A DNA stretch of 64,000 nt. Origin: Octopus bimaculoides (taxonomy: Eukaryota). A program made the position numbers and the translations under genes. The notes under the pieces are model-generated. The model did not search any database, had not been told where the DNA came from, and saw only the letters and a program-made list of their open reading frames with translations. This document shows positions 26,616-36,608 of the stretch, piece by piece (the first letter of the stretch is position 1; each line of letters opens with the position of its first letter). The stretch is from assembly GCF_001194135.2 (NCBI RefSeq), contig NC_068989.1, positions 60,668,322 through 60,732,321 of the forward strand, in the 5' to 3' direction.

Positions 26616-28159
26616 TACATATATAAATACACATCATGCACATATAAATGCACATCATGCACATATATTTATGTATATGTATGTATTTGTACTTTGTTGT
26701 ATGTATGCCTTCAAATAACAAAACATACATACACAGAATCACAGAATCGTACACTCAACCAAATACGCACATATATATTCGTATGTGCATACACATATTT
26801 ATACATGTGTATAAATATGTATGCGTATATACAAAAAAATGTGAATAACATCGAATAAAATTCGAGTTGTTATTGATCATATTTTTAAAGTAAAAAAAAA
26901 AACTATATAAAAATAGTATAATGCTGCCAGCCCCTTATAAAACGAGTGTGAAACATTTACTTTTATTTTATCTGTAGTACATAAATCTGTTAAATCGTTT
27001 TATTGAAAAGATAGTACATTTAACCTATGACATACCGATGCCACTTATCTGGTGTTATAGCGATAAATTGACTGTAAAATTATTTTGTAGCTTTCTATGA
27101 CATTATTTACTTCAAAGAAAATTCACTATTGTATAAAATTTAGGAATTAGCTATCATAGTAGATATATCTAGGCAATGTGAGTATTAAATCTATTCTGTT
27201 TTGTTTGAAAGTGTATGTAGGTGTTACTCTTATTGTAGACATCATTGTACACATCTTTAGGTGTATGAAAAACCGCAACGTGAGCGACTTGCGACTGTAT
27301 TCAGGCACTAGATCAGGCATTTTAAGAATTGCCGTCAACGGTTAGTCATTACTATCATGCTATATATCTATATATAAATATACAACTCTTTAAATCAACG
27401 TTGCTAATGGCCATTAATTAATATAAAGGTTCTTCCCATTATATAGATGAACATTTTCTCATGTTTTGCGGTATATGTACTACTTTACAGATAAATACTC
27501 ATCAATTGTCAATCGTTAACCTTCAACATCACGTTGACCCTTCGCTTTCCTTGGATACTTGCCAAAGGCAAGGATTGCATGAAAATTCCCCTCAACCTAG
27601 AACATCTAGGTTGATGTTTTACATACAACCAGAGGTTATATGTTAAATACAGAATCTACAGAGGCTGAGTCATTCTAAATTGTTCCTTCATAAATTACAG
27701 GTAGTTGTAATATCGACCCCGAAGATAAAAATATAATGAAGAGATTTCAACTCGGAAGTGATTTACGCAAAATTACTTTAAGTTGCATGAACTTGGAGTC
27801 ATCATCTCTGATGATTTTTCATGGAGACCCACATTTACATCATTAACAAGACTGAATTCAAAATATTTATATTTTATCAGGGTCTGAATATATATATGGC
27901 GCTATGCTCAGTTGCTGATACACACATATACACACATACACACAAACACACTCACCATACTACTATAGAGACTTGGTGCAGCTGCTCTCCTCACACGCAG
28001 AATGAAGGCAATCAAGCAATTAATAAACTTCACTCGATGCAACCGGGGCGTTCATTGAGAATTGGTATTCGATCCGTCCTCCCTATCCTTCAAATAAACC
28101 TTATGTGTAAACTTTACTCGTGTTCCGTTTCAGTGCAAGTGTATGTGTGTATGCAAATA

Positions 28160-28340
28160 TCTTATATATTATAAACGGCATTTTCTCTCTGTCTGTTACC
28201 TTCTTGCTGCCAAACCAGCGAACCAATCTTCACGAAATTTGGCATGCATATTAAACTAATATCCGTCTCAATTATGGAGTAACTGGACTTCAATAAAAAT
28301 CGAGAATGGGCCCACTATAGGGGTTGGGCTATTATATGAT
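28160..28340 (+). mobile_element. Helitron-like non-autonomous element, 5' fragment
   Basis: A|TC-TTATATATTATAAA start, then TCTGTCTGTTACC…CCAATCTTCACGAAATTTGGCATG, resembling the 5' segment of non-autonomous Helitrons; the same layout occurs at 63600. No 3' CTAG end found. Confidence 0.45.
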
Positions 28341-28439
28341 AAAATGAGAAGGTTGCAAATTTTGATAGCCATGATGAGAGTGGCTGATATTATGGAAGGA
28401 GGGAGGTAGGAAGAATCAGAGAGACAAGGAATGTGAGAG

Positions 28440-28984
28440 ATTTATTTACATGTTTGTTTGGCCGTTTCCGAATGACTTTATTCATTAAAACTTATTAAGA
28501 CTTCAGATTAAGTGAATCTTCTGATTTTGACTATGAATCTGACGATGACGGAGATTTACACTTTAATGATGCTGACATATTTACGGAATAACAAATGGAA
28601 CAGTTATTTGATGCTGAAAATGACGCTGAATTTGAAGGATTTGAATAAATGTGTTTGCTTATTCTTTTGTAACGGATAGTGATAGATATGGAAAGGCAAT
28701 TTACTTAATATTTATTTTTCATTGACGTTATTACTGTTATTTCTTTATTTTCTGCAAAGTGCGCAAAAAAGCTACACGTTTGCATTGTTCTATATATACA
28801 ATAATAATAAAGGACGTTACCAGATATATGTTTACAAACCAAGGACGTTATGTAGACCTCCTTGTCTCAAGTTAGAGAAGGGTTGCGTATAATACACAAG
28901 GTTTAGGTTTTTCAAAGGTACAGCCCCCTAAAAATCCCCTGCGTATTATACTCAAGGGTAGACTATACTCAAGGATTTACGGTA
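28440..28984 (+). mobile_element. pogo/Tigger-group DNA transposon, 3' remnant
   Basis: Acidic C-terminus LSESSDFDYESDDDGDLHFNDADIFTE*QMEQLFDAENDAEFEGFE* (28508-28648). The end reads …GCGTATTATACTCAAGGGTAGACTATACTCAAGGATTTACGG-TA, with a duplicated TATACTCAAG and terminal TA typical of this group. The 5' TIR was not found. Confidence 0.55.
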
Positions 28985-29114
28985 ATTAACAAACATTTCA
29001 TAACGGGAAAAAACAAATAATAGCAGATTATTAATAACAAAACAATAAGAAGAGGATACAGTTTAACACCAGTCCGGTCCACTTTTGTCCCTATTCACGA
29101 AATCCTCCTTCTTC

Positions 29115-29697
29115 TGCCATACCATCCGTAGCTGGCACTTTCCATATGAACTTTCACCTCCGTAACACGGACCATACCTTCAAATCCACCACTGTAGATT
29201 TGAAGGTATAGTCATTACGGGAAGTTTGTAACTTATTTCCCCTTCCTATACATAATTCATTTTAATAACGTGTACTTCTCTCACAGCCTCATGTTTTCTC
29301 CTATTCTTTTTCTGCCCTTTTTAATAATGGCATACACTGTACCTATTGTTAACTGCTTATCATATGTATTAGCCCTCCTAACCACTTAGGCCCTCTGAAG
29401 AAGCCTAGAGGTACAATCATCTTCCAAGCTTTATCTGCCCATCGCTACAGAGCACTGAAGAGATGGAGATGGCATGGAGGATTTCGTTGCCTCTTGGCAG
29501 AAATGACCGTATGGAACTGATCTTCTATTCTTTTCTGTAATATTAATACATGTGTGTGTAAAACATATTTGCTACTCGTGTATGTTTTCGTTTTCTTATA
29601 CTTTCTAATGCTTTGGAATAAATAGACACACTGGAATGTTTACCGGCTGATGTATGTCATTTTGTATCCTCTCCAATTACTCATTTGCCCTATATAT
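29115..29697 (+). mobile_element. Dispersed repeat (probable Penelope-type terminal region) ending in (TA)n
   Basis: Inverted copy at 24451-25175. Its last 42 nt are identical to 33388-33429, the end of the PLE RT/GIY-YIG fragment. Confidence 0.7.
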
Positions 29698-29742
29698 NNN
29701 NNNNNNNNNNNNNNNNNNNNNNNNNNNNNNNNNNNNNNNNNN

Positions 29743-29774
<32 letters not shown>

Positions 29775-32035
29775 CGGGCACACATATATGTATGTATGCA
29801 TGTATGTATGTATGTATGTATGTATGTATGTATGTATGTATGTATGTATGAGTGTATGTACCTCTGACTGTGTCTGTCTGTCTGTTTCTCTCTCTATACA
29901 CATGGATGTATATGTATACGTATATGTGTATATCTTCTTATACATGTATATGTATCTATATCTTTATAAGTACATTTAACAATAACAAAAACATATACAT
30001 TGTTGTGTAGCAGAGATAGGTGAGCTAGTGTGCCCCTATGCATGTGTTCTGTGTAAATATGAAAAGAATTGTGTGAAGTAGGAAAAACTGAGTGTTTACC
30101 ACGCCATTATAACCATCAGTCTTCCACCAATAATTTTCATGAATCCAGTTCAATCTTATGGGACCTTTGAATACCAACAATTTTCTTTGATACTTTATTC
30201 CCGAAAGAATTTTCATTTTTTCTAAAAATGATGGAAGTCATTCCTTCGTAAGTGGTGAATTTGTTCCTATGCATTCAGGCATAGATCGGCAATCATACAT
30301 AGGTACATAGATGCATACATACATACGTACATACATACGTACATAGAAACATAGATAGATAGATACATACATATACATACATAAACACACATACGCGCGC
30401 GCACACACACTCACACACACATATATACACGTACAAGCATGCACATACATACGTACACGTATATTAGTGTTTGAGTGCATGGATCGGCAACCGAACATAG
30501 ATACATAGATGCATACATACATACGTACATAGATACATAGATACATACATACATACAAACATACATATACATACATAAACACACATACGCGCGCACACAC
30601 ACTCACACACACACATATATACACGTACACGCATACATAAAACATACGTACACGTATATTCGTGTGTTTTAGTATGTGTTTGTGTGAGCTGTGTGTGTGG
30701 GTATGTGTGTGTGTGGTGTGTCTGTGAGTGTGTGTGTGTGTGTCGGGGTGTACGTGGGTGTATATACATTATGTGCAAGTAAGTATAGGAAATTTCCAGA
30801 ATAAATAACTTTGTGTAGATATCAGCACGAGAATTATATATTTATCTAATTACAACGTATCTACTTGGTAATGTTTGTACACAATCCCGTTAATTAGACA
30901 CTGAATTTTGTTTAATTACATTTGTGTCAGAACATAATTTTGTGTCTCTGAATTCAATTTAATTTGAAACATCCGTTATTTTGTGTATGAACACACTTGA
31001 ATCCATGCCAGACACGACGTATAATAGATCTAACTGAAGCCCATCACCTCTATAAACAAATATTGATTTCTTTCTTAGCCATAAAATTTGGATATGTATT
31101 GGAGTATAAATAGGATTCTACGCAGTTCATGCATTTCACAAAAGCTTTAACGACGTAAGTGAAGTGAAATAGCAATAACGGGCGAACTTAGCGGAAATGT
31201 GACCGTGGTTTACTTTGAGCATAACTAACGTGTCCCACATAAATAACATGGAGATATAACCTATACTAGTGTCTCGGGTGGTAACAAAATTCTCTGCGTT
31301 TCATTATTGATTTTTAGTAGATTAGACATAACCCTAATAGATACGATTCTATTCAGGTTTTCTAGTGTCATAAAATAGCTTTTGCAACTAAATTGACAGT
31401 TTCAACCCTTTGGTATTTTCTGACATTCAATATTCTAAATCAAATTCGGAATATTTTCCGAACACGTAACTACAACGTTGTACCAATTAATATATTATCA
31501 GTTATTCCTTATTGATACAAATATTATCAATGTTTCTACATGAACGTAGTTTCAGTTTATAATAATATTCAATTAATATACAGGTAGAGCACTACTCATT
31601 TTGGTTTTGGCAATCAAAATAGTAACCCTGAATCAATTTTAAGGGTCTTTGTTTTGGAACACTAGCAAAACATTATTGCCGAAACCAGTATATTTTCAAT
31701 GAAACTCTATTAGTGTACAGATGCTGTAAACATACGCCAAAGGGCGCAACTACCGCATCATTTTTGTCAATTCCACTTCGCATATAAAATGGAGAAATAC
31801 ATATCTACTCTCACAGTTAATTGCCATATATGTTGCTTATTGTATAGGATATGCGGTATTCCTTAGATGATTGTCAAATTCAACAACTCCATTCTCTACA
31901 AAGAGATTACGTTATAGTTTTACATTTTTCTAATTATATATACAAATACATTCATACATGAATAACATACGTACATAAAGGCATACACAGATACATTCAT
32001 ACATACATACATATATAAACACATACACAGATACA

Positions 32036-32067
<32 letters not shown>

Positions 32068-32169
32068 CGAATAGATACACAAACACACATGCATGGATGT
32101 AACAATGATCGATGGCATGTATTACATTAAAATTAAAGGAACTGCGACTTTCTGTCATGCACGACTCGC

Positions 32170-32320
32170 TTCTCTGTTTCAGTCTACCAAATCCATTCAC
32201 AAAGCTTTGGTCGGTTCAAGTCTATAGTAGAAGAGACATGCCCACCCAAGGTACGAGGCAGTGGAACTGAGCCCGGAACTATGTGGACGGAAAGCAAGCT
32301 TCTTACCATATAGCCATGCC
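32170..32320 (-). mobile_element. SINE family A, 5' half
   Basis: GTCTACCAAATCCATTCACAAAGCTTTGGTCGG..ATAGTAGAAGA..CCCAAGGT..GCAGTGGAACTGAGCCCGGAAC..AAGCAAGCTTCTTACCA aligns to 62820-62965. Confidence 0.85.
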
Positions 32321-32640
32321 TTTCAAGCCTAATTTTGTTTAATTCCATCACTATCTCCATATCAGCTCGTCTCAGATTTCTGTTATAATGACTCTTGATG
32401 TCTTGGACCTAGCCCTCGATAAAGAATCCCGAGTTTAAGTGGAAATTATATATACATATATNNNNNNNNNNNNNNNNNNNNNNNNNNNNNNNNNNNNNNN
32501 NNNNNNNNNNNNNNNNNNNNNNNNNNNNNNNNNNNNNNNNNNNNNNNNNNNNNNNNNNNNNNNNNNNNNNNTATATATATATATATATATAAATATATAT
32601 ATATATTTATATATATATATATATATGTATATGTATATAC

Positions 32641-33429
32641 ATTTTGATTTTTAAAAAGTCCAACAACCAAATTGCAACCGATATTTACTACAAAGGAACA
32701 GATTCAAAACAGTATCGCCTTTTCAGTTCATGCCGTCCAAAACTCACCAAAATAAATATCCAATTCAATCTAGCAAAAAGGATCTATACAATTGTATCTG
32801 ACACAACCACTCGGGAACTTCGCCTACAAGAACTAAAAATAACACTCATTGAACGTAAATACCCACCTACACTTATAGAACATGGAATTAAACGTGCCAA
32901 GAAATTGGACACAAACACACTAAGGACAACGAAACAAAACACCACATCTCACTCTAAATTACTCCCATCCATATTAACCCACAACCCCAGAAACAATGAA
33001 GCATACAACGCAAATATACAAAATATCCCTCTGCTCATTGAAGACCCGAAAATGAACAGCATCCTAAATACACACAAACTACTAAAATGCAAAAGACAAG
33101 ACAAATCACTCAAGGGACTTCTAACAAATATAAAACTATACTCGATACATACGATACCGACAGTTAAAAAATGCAGACGATCCAATTGTGGTAAATTCCC
33201 ATACCTAACTCAAGGCTCGGAATTCACATTTCAGCAAGGACAAAATTTCTCAATTTAGACATGTGCTTTCCAGAAACTTATCTATGTCCTAACCTGCTCA
33301 GGTTGTGGTAAGAATTATGTGGGCCAAACGAGCCCTACTTTGAGACGCAGTCACACTACATAAAGAACAAATTCGTTTCCCTCAATAGATGTATGTCATT
33401 TTGTATCCTCTCCAATTACTCATTTGCCC
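32641..33429 (+). mobile_element. Penelope-like retroelement fragment: RT thumb, Zn linker and GIY-YIG endonuclease start
   Basis: ORF 32644-33258 reads TDIYYKGTDSKQY..FSSC.PK.TKINI.FNLAKRI..IVSD…RLQELK..LIERKYP (PLE RT thumb), then KRQ.KSLK.LL and CRRSNCGK.PY. After a frameshift it reads LIYVLTCSGCGKNYVGQT (GIY-YIG motif) and KEQIRFPQ. It is flanked by (TA)n on both sides. Confidence 0.9.
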
Positions 33430-34262
33430 TATATATATANNNNNNNNNNNNNNNNNNNNNNNNNNNNNNNNNNNNNNNNNNNNNNNNNNNNNNNNNNNNN
33501 NNNNNNNNNNNNNNNNNNNNNNNNNNNNNNNNNNNNNNNNNNNNNNNNNNNNNNNNNNNNNNNNNNNNNNNNNNNNNNNNNNNNNNNNNNNNNNNNNNNN
33601 NNNNNNNNNNNNNNNNNNNNNNNNNNNNNNNNNNNNNNNNNNNNNNNNNNNNNNNNNNNNNNNNNNNNNNNNNNNNNNNNNNNNNNNNNNNNNNNNNNNN
33701 NNNNNNNNNNNNNNNNNNNNNNNNNNNNNNNNNNNNNNNNNNNNNNNNNNNNNNNNNNNNNNNNNNNNNNNNNNNNNNNNNNNNNNNNNNNNNNNNNNNN
33801 NNNNNNNNNNNNNNNNNNNNNNNNNNNNNNNNNNNNNNNNNNNNNNNNNNNNNNNNNNNNNNNNNNNNNNNNNNNNNNNNNNNNNNNNNNNNNNNNNNNN
33901 NNNNNNNNNNNNNNNNNNNNNNNNNNNNNNNNNNNNNNNNNNNNNNNNNNNNNNNNNNNNNNNNNNNNNNNNNNNNNNNNNNNNNNNNNNNNNNNNNNNN
34001 NNNNNNNNNNNNNNNNNNNNNNNNNNNNNNNNNNNNNNNNNNNNNNNNNNNNNNNNNNNNNNNNNNNNNNNNNNNNNNNNNNNNNNNNNNNNNNNNNNNN
34101 NNNNNNNNNNNNNNNNNNNNNNNNNNNNNNNNNNNNNNNNNNNNTATATATGTATGTATATATATATGTATATAGTACAAATATACAGAAAACAAGAGAC
34201 GAAGACATGTGAAAGAATAAAAAGCAGGTATATAGATTTAACGCTTCAAAAGAATGGAAAAT

Positions 34263-34298
34263 CTTTGACATTTTGAGCCTACGCTCTTTGACAGAAAG
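34263..34298 (-). pseudogene. Decayed minimal hammerhead-ribozyme relic in a PLE-type terminal repeat
   Basis: CUUU-CUGUCAA-A-GAGC(GUAG)GCUC-AAAAU-GUC-AAAG. Stems I and II are intact and the geometry is correct, but four core or stem III positions deviate from consensus. Confidence 0.45.
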
Positions 34299-34368
34299 GA
34301 TTGATACGAAAAACAAATCGAAGAGAGAAACAAACGAGTAGGGATTAACGGTTCAACATTATATACAT

Positions 34369-34431
<63 letters not shown>

Positions 34432-35583
34432 CACACACACAGACATATATATACCTACGTATGCATATGTATAGGCTTATATGTTTTAATGCACACACAC
34501 ACGTGCATGTATAATGTATAACAATATTTTGAATGCTTATAATACGTACGTTTCAGATTGTTGCGCAATAGTTAAAAAGGAAATTCATCTCGTACATAAT
34601 TTCTTCCTCAGTTAACACATTTCAAAATACTATTTTCGAAATATGTTGCAATGTGTTAAATGAGGCTAGTAATGTTCCTTTTTATCTATGACGCAGAGAT
34701 CTGAAATCTACATATTAAGTGCTTTCAAAGTAACATTCCTTCGGATTCACTTCATTGTTATACTTTATACAGCTCCATGGCAGTAGAAGTTACCTACTCG
34801 TGTCTCCATTTACACAGATACATTAACAAGATACATAACAAGGATTTGCAGCAATATTTTTTCTGTCTGCATTCAGTCGGCGATTCTGGTATTGTGCATC
34901 TGTTTTAAACATGCCTGCATACATACATACATATAAATATATGTAGATATAAAATATATTTAATACGTACGTATGCATGTATCTGAACTAACACATATAC
35001 ATACACACACCCATATACACACACACGCACACGCAAGCAAACACACACACACACACATGTGTGTGTACGTATATTTTTCTGTATAAAACCATTCACAGAG
35101 GTGTATTGATGTGTATAATACACGTCATATGAACTGAATTCATATTAACCATTTAAACGAAATTTCACATGCATTTATGTCTAGGCAATTGATATAAAAT
35201 ATATCGTTATCAGCTTTCTCCTAGAACGCAAAATTGAATGAAATGACATCTCAACTGTATACGAATAAGCAATGAGAGTTGTGAAATCAACAGATAGTAC
35301 AATTAGTTATAGTAACTATTACATATTAACGTATTCAACATTGAAATTGAGATATTGCAACCGTTATTTGGAAAATGTTTCATGAAAGGTATTGATTTCC
35401 TATCTTTGAACAAAGTTGATTTTTGTAGCAGATGGGCACAACTGATCTCACAACCCACGTTCGAAAACTGGAATAAATTTGTATATTAATTATAAATCAT
35501 ATTAATTAAAAATTATATCAATAATAAATTAACATTTAGAGCAGGAATCTCCATCGGAGAAAGATGAAATAGGTACTGATAAT

Positions 35584-35639
35584 GTTGAATAAATAGATTA
35601 CAAAGAGAAAGAGAGAGGAGAGAGAGAGAGAGAGAGAGT

Positions 35640-35703
<64 letters not shown>
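35584..35703. repeat. (GA)n microsatellite
   Basis: Directly visible. Confidence 0.97.
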
Positions 35704-35707
<4 letters not shown>

Positions 35708-35878
35708 AGCCATGCAACTCTACTCACGTACGTATGTTTATTTATATATGTGTGTGTACGTATTTATGCATAGACATATATATATAATAGAGTTATTAAT
35801 ATTTCTAAGTCTCTCTAAAGGAGACTACGGCAGCGGTACTGGAAATTAATAGTTATCGCCAAGCCAACATGGCAGTCC

Positions 35879-36060
35879 CAAATAACTAGCATGAACGCAC
35901 GAAAATAAGAAGTCCCTTTATTTAAATTGTTCTGGTCTAGATTCTTCATTTGTTCGTTCATTTCTAACAGAACGCTTGTAACAAACATTTGCCTTAAAAC
36001 AGCTACGACATGAAGAAATATCTGCACTTACCATCATAGACAAATANNNNNNNNNNTATA

Positions 36061-36096
<36 letters not shown>

Positions 36097-36608
36097 TGTA
36101 TGTATCTCTTTCTCTCTCTCTCTCTCTCTCTCTGGGAATGTCCTTGTGCATATATTGGAGTATTGGAGTCATGGAAGATAATTTTCCAGCGGCCGTCGAG
36201 TATTTTCAACGTAAGTGGATAATAACAATTTAAGACACAAAATTGCTCATGTCAGTAGAATTATACAACTGGGAACTTTTAGTTCTGTGAGTCATATATT
36301 TCCTGAGTCTTACGATTTGGAGATGGTTAAATGTGGGACATTGATGATGAAGGATTAGTTTTTCTGGGGGATAATTGGAACATTAATCGGGTATTTGTTA
36401 CTGTTTACAAGTTTTATATTTATGCTCACAAGTGATCGATTATTTGTCTATGATGGTAAGTGCAGATATTTCTTCATGTCGTAGCTGTTTTAAGGCAAAT
36501 GTTTGTTACAAGCGTTCTGTTAGAAATGAACGAACAAATGAAGAATCTAGACCAGAACAATTTAAATAAAGGGACTTCTTATTTTCGTGCGTTCATGTTA
36601 GTTATTTG
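35879..36608. repeat. 168-bp inverted repeat (arms 35879-36046 and 36441-36608)
   Basis: The arms are reverse complements with one mismatch by manual comparison. The left arm ends at a 10-N gap. Confidence 0.9.
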
